NCBI RefSeq assembly: GCF_033153115.1
Contig: NW_026889866.1
Location: 930,001 to 994,000, forward strand
Source of the DNA: Saccostrea echinata
Lineage: Eukaryota
DNA: 64,000 nt
Reading direction: 5' to 3'
This document shows, in pieces, positions 38,101-52,281 of the stretch. Below the pieces are notes generated by a model, which was not told the DNA's origin, searched no databases, and was given only the letters and a program-made list of their open reading frames with translations. A program made the position numbers and the translations under genes. Position 1 is the stretch's first letter, and every line of letters begins with the position of its first letter.

Positions 38101-41100
38101 AGTCCGAAGACTGTAAAATACTTTAACTTTAGATAACGTCTTGTAAGGAGACGGTAACAAGATTTGCCTGGAGCAGAAAATACCGCTTTAAACTGCCCAT
38201 GATTTTTTTTAAAGTAAAGGTCTGTTTGATTTAAATTCATTATCATAATCACAAAGTTTAAGAGTAAACTGTTACGTCCCTGTTTGTATGAAAATGACAT
38301 GGGGGTATCAATATCTATATTGAGACGTAAACAATGGGGAAAATCGCAAAGAAAATGCTTGTGTGGAAAAAAATTCATACCACTGGTAAAAGAAATATTT
38401 AAAATCCACCGTCATTAAGTAAATTGCTAAAAATTAATTTGCAACATCTCGAAGAGATCGACAATTCCATCTTTTTGTCCGTTTAAAAAAATCATGGTCA
38501 GACTTCAAAAGATATTACTTTACAGTTCTCTTATGCTATCACAAACGCTTCTTAAAGGAGTTTTTATCAGCCAAAAGTACATTTTATACAACATAGAATT
38601 GAAATACACAATTATGCAAACACTTTGATAACTATACACCAGTTATAAGTTCGTGTAACTACTTTATACATGTAAATGGTTCAAATTGAAGGTATCATTA
38701 CACCTTTAGTTTTTATAGAATATAAGCTAGATAGGCATAATAATGATCATTAAATTACTGAATCACAGGCATGAAAATTATGAGATCTTAATTGTTTTCT
38801 GGGCTTTCCATTATAAAAATTGAATCCAACAAAAAAGAAGAAGAAAATGGCCAATCTACAAGCGCAAATCAACTTTCTAGAGAACGACAGAGAAAATTAT
38901 ACCTTCTTCATGGTTGATATAAGTATTCAGTGAGGACGAGACGCAACGACCGAACATATTGGAGATGTGTAGACCGACAGTGTCAAGCTACAGTTGTGAC
39001 AATTGACAACATCCTTATGTCCTTTGGTCGGCCTCAAAATCATGAAGGGGACTTCATTGATTTGGCAACAGAATCCTTTGTCAAAAAAATGAAGAAGAGA
39101 TGCAGAGAGAAAGCAGCACTCATACCATCCATATATGATGAGGAGTTAGGAGCACTCCAGAATGCTGACTGTGATGACACTGTGATAGACATGATTAGAC
39201 AGATCCCTACCTTTCAATCCTGCAAATCTGTACGTACCTGAGTCGAGGAAAAATGATGCTCAAACAGCCTACCACACAAGAAGAAATCAATCTACGGATC
39301 CATGGACATAGACCTTAGCTCGTGAGAGATTGCTTTTATGTGATGACAGAGATGAAGCAGGAAAAAGAATAATTGTGTTTGCAATTGATTCCAACCTTCA
39401 GAGACTTTGTGAGTCCACAACCGTATTTAGTAATGGAACTTTCTATTCCTGAACATCTCTATTCACCCAGCTATACACCCTGTATGCAGATGTTGATGGA
39501 ACAGTTTGCTTGCTTCCCAACAAAACTGAAGCAACTTACTGTTTTCTCTTTTGAAGACCACAGTCAACGAACGACATTCCATGCTTACAACCGAATCCTG
39601 GATGATTTTTTTTTAAGTGGCAGCCAGAAATGCAATGAAAGAGAACTTTCCAAACACAACCATTTGAGGATGCTTTTTCCACTACACTCAGTCTATTTCG
39701 AGGAAAGTCCAAAACTGTGGTCTGACAACTGAATTTAAGGAGAACGAGGACTTCCATAGACTTGTAAGAAGAGCTGCCGTCCTCCCTCTGGTACCATGTC
39801 CCCGTGTTGAAGATGTGTTGTTCCAGTCCTTAGATGACAATGATGACAACACTACCGCTGGAATGCGCTTCAAGGACTATGTGACTGAAACCTGGGTCGA
39901 AGGACATCTTGAAACGTGGAACCATTTTGATCATGAGAGACCGAGAACCAACAACGCAGTTGAGGGGTGGCACCACAAGTTCAATAGAATGTGCAGACGT
40001 GCCCACACAAACATCTTTGTGTTTATCGAAGTGCTTCAAAAAGAACAAGCTTCAAATGAAGCAAAGATAATTCAGATCACAATAGGATGAGTCGTGCGTC
40101 GCAAAAAGATAGTATCGTCTGCTGGATTCACTTCTACAACGTCTCAAGGACAGTCTGTGTCAAGGGCAAATGGACATAGTGGTCTAAGCTGATGCTGCTT
40201 CGCAACTAATTCATTTTGAGTGAGCAGAAATTATATAGATAAAATAATAATGATATTTCTTTAAAAGTGAGCAGTGAACAGTGATTGTGATGATTGTCAG
40301 TCTTATTTTTGTCTTATTTATTAAGGTTTCTTATGCCATGTTAAAAAAATACCAGAAGTAAAATATCATTACCATACACAAGCGTTTTTAATTTCTTATT
40401 CTATAAAGCTTTATTGATATATTATCTTGATGAAAAAAATATTTAATTCAATATTTAATAAATTAATTTTTAGTTTACATCAGTGATGAGCTATAATTTA
40501 ATTATTTTAAAGAAAGAGAGAGATGACAACACTGATAGATAACCAGCCCAACAAAAGTCAGGAATAGAAGAAAAATCAATATGTTGAAAATATTTCCTAA
40601 AATTATTTGATTTTTATGATAAATAATATTTAATTATTGTTTTAAAATAGATTACAAATAAGATATAAAATATCGAGCTCGAGATAACGATGTTTGGCTG
40701 TATATATTATGCTATTAATATAATAAATATGTAATTAAATCATTTTGTTCTCCACCTGTAACCCATTCAAACTTAGCCAACACAGTAGTAGCTTAAAACA
40801 GGCAATAGCCTACTTGTGACTAAATTATTTTGTTTTCTACCTGTACCTCATCCCCACTTAGCCAACACAGTAGTAGCTTAAAGAAACTATAGCCTACCTG
40901 TTATCAAATTCTTTTGTTCTCCACCTATATCCTATTCTCACTTAGCCAACACAGATTTGGTACAGATTTACCTGTGTTTAACCTGTATTTTTTTTCTAAA
41001 TATTAGCGAAGTAAGAAGGCAACGATGAAATATATGGATATAACGAACAGTATTTAAGCTCAAAAATCCATTCAAACAATACAAATCAGGAGCACAGCAA

Positions 41101-44100
41101 ACACGGATCTCTAAAACATCAAAGGTGGGATCAGGTGCCATGTGTTAATAATGGGTGTTTACGAGTATACGTAAAAAAAAACGTAGATTGATTAATTTTA
41201 TATTTTTCCAGATTTAAATTACATTATTATGTTCCCCAAACGAAATTTGGGAACATATTGTTTTTACTCTGTTTCTTCTTCTTATTATTCTTTTTTTTTC
41301 TACTTTCTTCTCCGGTACTTTTTTGTCCGGGAGTGTTCTCATAGAATCCGATTGACATGAAACCTTTTTAGGGTTAATAGGCATGTTGTGTAGGTGTTCG
41401 GAACGAAGGTCATTTTGCGCGCACATGCATGCACGTGCGCGCGCGTGCAATGAGTGAAATGATTGATATACTTGATGAAGCCGTAACTTTAATATTTCTT
41501 GATGAATTGCTTTGAAACTCAAAATATAAAGATATATTAGTAGTCTAGACAAGATAACATGGTCAAATTAGCTTGAACGCACGCGCATGCACGTGTGCTC
41601 TTCTCTGATTGGCTGATACAAAAATTTCAATAATTTCCCTCTTTTTTGACAAAATGCTTTCAAATTTAGAATATAAGTATATATTATAAGGTGCTTCAAC
41701 ATGATATATAAGAAATTTCTTGAAAACACGCGCATGCAAGTGTGCTGCAATCTGATTGGTTGAAACTTTAAATGTCTATAACTCCCTTGGTTTTCAAAAA
41801 ACAAAAGAAAGGATGAAATTTACGACATGGATAGGCACATAGAGCTCTTACATTATGATACTATCAAAATTGAATGCAACGCCATGCATGCGCGTATGCT
41901 GAATTCTGATTGGCTAATACTTAAAGGGGTACATCGCTCTTATTTTTCAATGAAATTCTTTAATATTTAACACAAATATATGTATTGTGAGACACTATAG
42001 GAAAATTAATGTGAAAAATGTAGAAAACATGTGCAAGCACATGCGTTGAAATTTGATTGGCTAATACCCATATAGCTATATCGGAGTAGTTTTCCGATGA
42101 AATACCCTTAAAAATAAAGTGTCCAACTATATTACAAAAGTATTGTCTAGTATAATGAAGCTTTCAGGGAATGGAGCATCATAAGGGATTGGGGAGCCGT
42201 TTGGGGAACATCTGTAACGGTTCCCGTTACAATTAGCACTACTTTTTAATGAGACTATTTTTAAGGATGTTTTTTTTCCATATGCAAAAATCTGATGACT
42301 CCTTAATCTTTAAATGTTAAAGAAACGACGTTCCTTTGAATATTAATAACTTTTGAAGTTAATGTTATGGAACATTATATATATTTATATATCCATCCTT
42401 TTTCACAATTCAATTTTCATAAATTTTTATTACCAATAATGTATAAAAGGTGAAAATAACGAACATTGATCACCCTCATCAATCACGTCAACAAAACTAA
42501 TCATGAACAGGGCAAAAATACGGACCCATGGAAACACCAGAGGTTGGATCAGCTGCCAAGAAGGACTGAGTAGGAATCCTCTGTAATACAATAAGATGAA
42601 AAGAGAAAGAATCCTCTGTAATACAATAAGATGAAAAGAGAAATAATTTTAGAGGTTGTCGAAGATACACACTCTCTGAAGCCAATCTATAATTGATACA
42701 TATTTTTTTTTACAATTATTCATTCATTTCTCTTCCTCTTTTAAGATCTCTGGCCAAGCGCTTGCTGACTGGATGCATCCTCACTATAGTTTTAGTATGT
42801 CATGTTTGTGTAATTTTGTTTCTATTTTTAATGGAAATAGAAAGAATATTCCATATAAGTAAAATGTGAATGACGAATGAAGTTCCTTGCAATGAATTAG
42901 TCAAAAACATATTTTTATTTCCAGGATGCCGTGAGAGTGAAGGCATAGAAATTTTTGGGATTCATAAGGATAGTACAGTGATCATTTCGAATGGAACTTG
43001 CAAAAATACACCTCTGACACAACATGAAGGAATTTTTAATATTTCGTATAATTGCACTGATGAAGTGAAGGGGGTCTGATTTCTTTTATCAAATTTTATA
43101 TTTGCTAATTTGAATAAGATCATTTAATGTCACCTTTTTCAATGATTTTTTTTGTGCCTAAGATACACGTATTTGTAAGACAGGTTTTTGAATGAACATT
43201 TGTTTTAAAATAGATTCTTTTATCTTATTTTTCCCTGTTTTCAAAATCCTGCATCTCGATCGATCTAAAATATGTTTGTACATTGTAAAACATTTGTATC
43301 AAATATTTTAACCAGATCACGTCAATACGTACATTTATTGTAGCAAATTCTACAATACAGTTTTAACAAATTGCAGGAAACTCCCACTGCAATTGAAGTA
43401 GAAATAAGTGTTAAAGATCCAATATTTGATGAAACCACAAGTGCCACAACTGTATCAGCGAACAAAACTTTATCTACAACGACCCAAGTTTTTATTGGAG
43501 GACACAACAACCATAAATTTAAAATAAGATGCCTTAACATCCCAAATGCTGGAGTAAATAAAACTGTTGCACATGTTTTTGAAGGAGGGTATGTATCGTT
43601 TTATTGAGAAAATAATATATTTTATCGTTACATTTATGTAGCCTTCGAAAAATGTCTGAATTCAATTCGGATATTCTTCTATATATTTTTTGATACTTGT
43701 CTCACATCGGTCATTATGGAATGTATGAATAACGAGATGGTGTGGAATACTTTAGTAGAGAAAACATTCCCTCCGAGAACCGAAAGCCCGATGGTGTTTT
43801 CTCTCTACTCATTCGGCTCTATCAAGGTTCTTTTTCATCTTGCTTAAACAAAAACATTTACCCATTCATATATCCAATTTTGCTACTGCAATACATTAAT
43901 ACATTTAGANNNNNNNNNNNNNNNNNNNNNNNNNNNNNNNNNNNNNNNNNNNNNNNNNNNNNNNNNNNNNNNNNNNNNNNNNNNNNNNNNNNNNNNNNNN
44001 NNNNNNNNNNNNNNNNNNNNNNNNNNNNNNNNNNNNNNNNNNNNNNNNNNNNNNNNNNNNNNNNNNNNNNNNNNNNNNNNNNNNNNNNNNNNNNNNNNNA

Positions 44101-47100
44101 CTGTATATCCTAAGTGTCGGATCTACTATGTAGATACAAGGTCACGGATGGAAATTTCTATAAAGAACTTAAAATGACCAACGACACGAACAATAAAAAT
44201 TGTCAAATTTTGTGGGACGACCTGTCCCTTCCTCAGGACAAAGAAAAAAGTTAAGAAGTTTATAAACAGTTGTGAAGAAAGAAATCCGGAGCGCTATGAA
44301 TTGCGTCCGGTCTATCAGGTGTACTCTGATCAAAGAAATGCTGCATTTTTTCTAATATGCTTCTACTTTTCCCCCTCTAATTTGTGCCATCTGTGCAGAA
44401 GTATGTGTATGGCATGTCAAACGTCGCAATATTCAATTTTTTTCATTTGTATTGTATAATTTTACATTTGTATTGTATAATTTTCCATTTGCATTCTAAA
44501 CTTTTTTTTATTTGTGTTGTATTTTTTTTTCATTTGAATTGCATAATTTATATTTGTTTAATATAATATTAATTTGCATTGTACAACTTTCATTTGTACT
44601 AGGATTGTTAGAATATTCGCGGACAAGTTCTGTTGTGAGCGCGCTATTTGTATGAAATCAGTAAAACTCTGCATTAAAAAAAGCTATACGCATTTTCCTA
44701 TTAATGTACAAAGAATATGTGTTTTCCGATGATCTTTTTTTTAAAGTATACCTAGCTAAATTATTGCAGCTTTACAATTTAGAGACATAATTTTGAAATT
44801 AAAAATTGCACTGTTGTAGCGTATTAAGATTTATGATATTTCACATCTCTCTAAGATATTCATGAAACGTCATTTAGCGAACTTTTGAATAAAATTGGAG
44901 AAGTTTTGACTGTTGTATCGCTAATTATACATGTAAATGATCAATGCGTTAAAAAAAAAAAAAATGGTAACGTCATTGAACGTCTAGGAGCACCAAGCTT
45001 TTAAAAAAAATTGTGTGCAGACAGGAAAATGCCCGAAAGATATAAATATATTTTTAGATGCTGCTGGGGATGGCTTACACGTATCTAGTACCACAATGTT
45101 CATGTGGTAGAACTTTTTAAGAATGAAAGGATGGACATTTTTTTTTATTTTCAACTCCTGCGATACCCCCAAAATCCTGCTCTTTGCATGGACGTTGCGC
45201 CTATGGAATTTGCAGTGTTTCTCGTATATCTGATCGCTGAACTGCGTAGACATTGGTTTAAACATCTCACTAATATCTGATACGCCATAAAAGACATTTT
45301 TATGCCCCCGCCATGAAATGGCCATATTTAGCCATATGAATACTGAAACATCTCAATGTTGTGTGGATTCAAATGTCATGGCCCCTTTGGGGGGTTAGGA
45401 TGAGTGCAGAGTACGTGGCAAAAACTTTCGGTGAATTGAAAGAAAAACGGAATTCTTTTGAAGAACAGAATGGTCAAGTTTACTTAGTTATATTATGCAT
45501 TGTTGCCCAAGGCGTTAAGTTAAAAGTAATCACATCAGATTCTTTAAATTATGAGAACGGCTGGGTTTACTAATCCATCCAGTCACTTTTCAAAAACAGA
45601 TATTACGACTACAGAGAAAGATGTCCTTTTCTCACATGCATCCTATGATTCTTGTTCAAGAAGAGAACATGAGGTAACCGTCTCTGTCTTGTGTTTATCA
45701 AGATGTAAAGCCATTATTTCACTGAATTTACTACGGATATTTTCGTTTACCCATCAAGACAAGGAGCACACAGCAAATGTGACCGATCGACAGGGGATGC
45801 TTACTCCTCCATAGCACTTGATCCCACCTCTTATGTCTTTAGAGTTCCGTTTATGCTGATTGCTCCGAATTTGTAACGTTGTATTAGACATTTGAGCTTG
45901 ATTGCTGTTCAAAACTTCATATTTCATACATTAGCAACGTGCTATTGACTGTTATTGAATGATATTCACAGAAACTGAAAATAAAATTTTGGAGTTCAAA
46001 AACTCTTGCAAAGAAAGGGATCAATTTTATTCCCATTTTTAGTAATTTTAGACTGTTGTGTGAATTGACCTTCGTTTTAAGCCCACAGCTTCGATCATTT
46101 CCAGCTCTTATAGAGCTTGCAATCTGTTGTTGGATACTATTCATTTTAGTGATATATCAAAATACCTTAAAGTAAACCATGAAGAAAGGGATACCAAGAG
46201 GGTGTTATCTGTTTTCCCATTGATCAGATACAAACACCTAAGAATGTATATATCAAGGATTAGAAAGAAACTGTTTCCTTTTCAATGAAGAATTAGTTCT
46301 TCTCTGATGGAAGGTAGATGCTAGCTGGACCAGAGATTAATACAGAAGTGTCATGATGACCCCACAGAAAAAAAATGTCATCAATATCAAATTACAAGTG
46401 TATACACCTTGTTTGCTACAGGTGTTTGATCTCTTGTTTGATCAATGACTAACAATCCCTCTGAAAAATTAAGTAATGGCCTCATAGTTCTGGATATTAT
46501 GGAGCATGCAGACCATTCTGCATTAAACTCTGCAGAAAGTTTGAATAGAATTGGAAAAGATAAGTTTGAAGATTTTAGTCAGAGAACGTCTTTATTCTGT
46601 TCGGCCATATTTCTATTCATCACAAAACCCCTAACAACACAAAATCCAGCAATCGGTAACAGGATAGAAGGGTTTGACTTCATTCAGATTAAATGTTAAT
46701 CTCCTCTCTATATTGTCTTTCAAATAAAACAAAGAAACCTCACATTTTCCTTTCAGCATAAGAATCGAGCTCATCTCCATTCTGTGGTGGTTGTTATCTA
46801 CATCTTAGAACCAAAAGTGATTTTATTCTATGCATGTAGGATTTTCAGTAAGGATATGTAGCCCGAGGATCAAGTGACAAACTATTTACTATGGATGGTT
46901 TATATCATTGTCCAAATGGTCATCAGATCTTTCTTTGATCAAATTTCTAGCAAGTTCAAAGAGTCTCACATTAGATCTAGTTAAAAATGCATACATGTAT
47001 ATTTTCTTTAAAAATGCAGCAAGAGCAAAGCGAAAAAACGGAATTGTGCAGGTACTTCTCTTGTCATTTGAGCCCATGTAAAATACCCAAACTCAAGTTA

Positions 47101-50100
47101 TACGAAGGGCTTATTTTTTTGTTTAAAGTCAATATGGACTTTATATCACAACATTGTGAATATTGTAATTGTGACCACTTGGGACATATAGCAGGACAGC
47201 TTAGACTGTTGTATTGAATTCAAATGACGTTGATAACTGGGTATGTTGTTTATAATATCTTTTACTATTTAATTATATCTAAAAGGGATCATTTATTAAA
47301 TCAATATTAATTTAGGTAGCTAGATGCAAATGTTATTTTTGACTTTATCTTAGTTTCATCTTATGAAAAGCGGCATAGTATATTAAAAAGTGATGTCATA
47401 TGCATATATTTTATTAAAAGCACCAAACATTTTTACTAATAATTCATAAAGTATTTTTATTATCTTAAACCATAATAGTAGGGGAAATCCGTGCAAGAAA
47501 TTAGTAAATGTCAACCATAAGCGTAATTTCTGAGGGCCATTTTGTGAAATGGCTGCCATGGCCATCAAGGCTAGATTCTGCGATGGCCCAATATCCAGAT
47601 TTCTTTATATTGTGAATGTCTATATTTGTGCCAAAAAACGGTGCTTTTATCACAAAATGCACAATAGGTTACCTATGCCGCAGTACTAGAATATGTATCG
47701 TTTCATTTGACTATCGAGATTGAATATACCGTTCACCGTAGCTAAGTCGGTAGAGCGCTTGCTCCGTGATCGGGAGGTCGTGAGTGCGAACCACGGCCGC
47801 GACAGACCTATATATAAGTCGATAAAAAATAGGTGAAACTGTTCGTTTTCGCCATGAGCTCGGTACTTTAAAGTGAACGTTGCGGGTACTTCGGATGAGA
47901 CCTTAAAAACCGAGGTCCCGTGTCACGGCAGACGTTGGCACGAGAAAGACCCCCATTGCTCATGGCCCTGAGTGCCGAGTAAAGGTCAAAATTTGAAGCC
48001 CTTCACCGGTATATGGTGACGTTTCTAAAAGAGTGAAAAATTCTGGAATTTGACATAAAACAACACACAATCAATCAATCAATCGAGATTGAATACTGTT
48101 CGTTATCTTCATATTTCAATCAACACAAATTTGACAATTGGATACGTTAGAGGAATACGCAGATTAAGTTCGAAATTGGTCATGGTCCGATGATTTTTGA
48201 CAGAGTTATCCCTCTTGAACTTAAAAAAAGGAAGAAATTTTCAGTTTTCACTCTCTAACATTTGTAGGGATGTATGTATAAGGTTGAAACTGCATATGCA
48301 GGATTTTAACCAGGAAATACAGGTCAAGTTCGAATTTGGTCATGGTCCGATGATTTTTGAACCTGAACGTTGAAAAAATAAGAGATTTTCAGTTTCTGCT
48401 TTTTAACTTTTGTAGGGATGTATGTAAAAGGTTAAAATTACATATGCAGCTATTTTATCAGAAAATACGGGTCAAGCTTGAATACAAATTTAAAACTAAA
48501 AATTGCATTTGAAATTTTGGATGCTTGCGAGGGCATTTGTGGCGTTAACTACACATCTATTAAAAATTATAACATGTCTTGATATACTTGTCCAATTTTT
48601 AGGTCAGAAAAAGACATGAAAAGTCTGTAGAAATGAAATGCATTTAGAACTATGAAAACGCTTCACAGGTCTGGATACAGGTTGTCACGTCAACTAACAT
48701 CATAAAACGTCAAGTGATTGTTCCGTGAATCCTTTGACCGCGCAGTAAAAACCATCGTATATTTTCCAAGTTATAGTAAATGGATCCGACCTCTTACATA
48801 CAAATTAACAAACGATAAGAATTTAATTAGATATATTTCATTCTTCAAAGTCTACAATATATTTTCCATAAATCAACGTGTCCGCCAACTTTTTCTACAA
48901 CCCTCGTAGTGTATAATTGTCCATTTGTATTGTATAATTTTCTATTTGTATTCTATACTTTCCGTTTCTATTCTAAAATTTTTATTTGTATTGTATAATT
49001 ATTCATTTGTATTGCATAATTTATATTTGTATTGCATAATTTATATTTGTATTGCATAATTTATATTTGTATTATATACAGTAACTTTCATTTGTATTGT
49101 AAACATATAATTGTCCCTTTTTATTGTATAATTTTCCAATTGTATTATATAATTATAGAATACGCATTGAAAATTATAGAATACATATTAAACATTTTAG
49201 AATACAAAGGAAAAAGTAAAGAATAAAAATGGAAAAGTATAAGTAGAATGCAAATAAAGGTGTACAATACAAATGGAAAATATCGAATATTGCAACGTGT
49301 GATGTGCCATATTCGGAATTGTGTATTTCAGATAAAAGTTGCAATATTTTAAATACAATCCAATACTTTCTGTATTATGAAAAAAAAGAGAGTATAAATG
49401 ATTGTATGTATGCACCTGAATACATATCAACTTCGAAAGTTCTTAGTCAAACCATTACTATTGAAGTAAGTAAATTGATGATGAATTTCAAAAACATTCA
49501 GGTCCCACATATTACCAGACAACCAAAAAGAAGTATCATCAATTGAAATGCACTTTAAATCAATCGAGGATATCAACTCTCCTGACATCAGCGAGATCTA
49601 TATTGGAGATGAATTTTTCATGTTTCTTAAATATACTGGAGGTATGTATGAATTGTGTAAATAATAATCGTATATCCTAAATTCACTTTAAGATCCGTAA
49701 TATAAGCATTGTTTTTTTATTATTGAAATCTAAATGTATTTGTGTTTAATCCTAGTGCACAATTTTCCCAAACCATTGCAAAATGCAACAAAAGCAAAGT
49801 TAATGCAATAACTCACCATATATTAATTATGAATTCTGTCATAAAAATATAAGAAAAATTATTGTGAATACTAAGGGATGTATTCTGTACCTTCTGTAAT
49901 TGTCCTCTTTTTTTTTAAAGTAAAACGAATTAAGACTTCACAGTCATAATTGATTTCTTATGCATTTTGTCATGACAAGTCAATTTCCTTCAGCATATGA
50001 CAACACGTAAACATAAGGACAATTTTTAACAATACAATTTTCGATATCATCAAGCTCTGTACAGAATAGTTCATATTCTGATGACACGTGAAATGTAAAT

Positions 50101-52138
50101 AAAACAGGAGGCACAGGGGCCATATTGGCTAGGAAACCGTAGAAATCAGTTTAGTCTTGAAAAGTTTAAAAATAAAAGAGGTGGGGGGGGGGTGAACCAA
50201 CTTGAATCTATACTTCATTGGGATGTTTTGAATATATATGAAAAATAATGGCTTTGCTGTTCTTAAGAAGAAAATATTTATTGATAAATCATTTGTATGA
50301 CCATTATCCCCTGTTATGACCCCTCTATTCTCCTGGGGGTCATGATTTGAACAAACTTGAATCTACATTACCTGAGCATGCTTCCATTTAAATATGACCA
50401 ATCATGGCTTTGCTGTTCTTGAGAAGAAGATTCTTAAATATTTTTCCTATGTATTCCTATGTAAAACTTTGATCGCCCATTGTGGCCCCACCCTACCCAT
50501 GGGGTTGAGGGTTTGAACCAACTTGAATGTACACTATCTGAGGATGCTACCATATAAATACGACTAAACATAGCTATGCTTTTCTTGAGAAGAAGATTTT
50601 TAAAGATTTTTACTATATATTCCTATGTAAAACTTTGATCGACCATTGTGGCCCCACCCTACCCAGGGGAGGGGGGGGGGGTTATGATTTGAACAAACTT
50701 GAATCTACACTATCTGAGGATGCTTCGATATAAATATGACCAATCACGGCTTTGTTGTTCTTCGCAGCTATGTTAAGGCTTCCCGAAGCTTTGAAATGCG
50801 CTCAAAGCATAATATTGCATTGCGAGGTCGGTTTCGGATTCAATTTATAAGCATTGTACTTTAGTACTTCCAAATAATATAAAGGATTCCCTCGGCTATA
50901 TATTAAAGATATGTGTCATGGTATCACATGACTTTGTTGATCATGTGACGGTCATTTATAATTTTTTGAAGTGTTTCACATAAATCGCTTCGGCGCAGCT
51001 GATTAACAAAATAATTATTAATATTCTGTCATATAAATAAACCCATCGTATCATTGTGTACCCGAAATGTGCTTGGGAAAAGTCATGGTATTACTTGGGT
51101 ACAAAATATTTCGTGAGAAATTCATCTTACCTACAAATGTATGTGTATTTTCCACACAATATCGTTATCTGTATTAAAAGAAAGCCATTACACATTTTTC
51201 CTAAGCAAGATTCAGTTAGAGAACAACCTCTTCTTACAGATTTCCATAAGAAAACTCAGATTAATCCTCATTAATCACCAGCGCCAGACTCTTTTATACA
51301 CACACAAAAAAAAATTCTACCTTCAACCACGGGGGAAAAAAGTATACTTTTCAAAAGTTTAATTTTCGTAAGCATTTTGAACATGCTGATTTTCAACGAA
51401 GGGTACGTAAGTGATGTATTTTCAAAAAATTCGGACATATAAGACTTAAAAAAACCTTTAATGACTCGTGAATTTTGCAATAGCTATCTAGCATTTTACA
51501 TGTAGTTTGAAATAAAGTGTAAAGTTTATGACACTCTCCCCGTCATAACAACTCAAGTTTGCAGTGACATGACGTCATTTTCCATTATGACGTCATATTT
51601 TGGTAGTTAAGAGAAGGGAAGGTACAGAGTGCACTGTGATATTCTATGGGAACCTTAACCTATAGCTACCTGCGTTGAGAAGATTTTTAAAGAATTTTCC
51701 TATATATTCTTATATAAAACTTTGATCGCCCATTGTGGCCCCACCCTACCCTCGGAGGTCATGATTTGAATAAACTTGAATGTAAACTACCTGAGGATGC
51801 TTCCATATAAATATGACCAATCATGGCTTCGTGTTCTTGAGAATAATTGAGTGTTCTTAAATAATTACCCTACATATTCCCATGTAAAACTTTGGTCGCC
51901 AATTGTGGCCCCACTCTACCCCCGGGGGTCATGATTTGGACAAATTTGAATCTACACTACCTGAGGATGCTTTCATATAAGTTTCATATTTTCAAGCACA
52001 GTGGTTCTTGAGAAGAAGATTTTTAAATGATGCCATTAATTTTTCACGAATTTATAATTGATCATCTCCTCTTGGAAGAAGGCATGGCCCTTCGTTTGAA
52101 CAAACTGAATCCCCTTTACCCAAGGATACTTTGTGGCT

Positions 52139-52199
<61 letters not shown>

Positions 52200-52243
52200 A
52201 CGACAACAACAGCGACGACGACGAAAGACAACGGACAAATTTC

Positions 52244-52281
<38 letters not shown>

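Larger units (their letters stand above)
44599..48906. mobile_element. Mariner-like TIR element (TA TSD) containing further insertions
   Basis: Left end ta|ctaggattgttagaatattcgcggaca matches the reverse complement of the right end ta|cgagggttgtagaaaaagttggcggaca. Confidence 0.6.
44408..49309. mobile_element. MITE with ~21-bp subterminal minisatellite, split by a nested 4.3 kb insertion
   Basis: Imperfect ~28 bp TIR tatggcatgtcaaacgtcgcaatattc / gaatattgcaacgtgtgatgtgccata. The catttgtattgtataatttt array stops at 44598 and resumes at 48909, then inverts near 49155. Confidence 0.7.

Noticed and set aside
42446-42476. gTGAAAA-taac-GAAC in PLE tail fragments as a hammerhead
   Set aside because: Core nucleotides deviate from CUGANGA/GAAA and no closing stem I is present.
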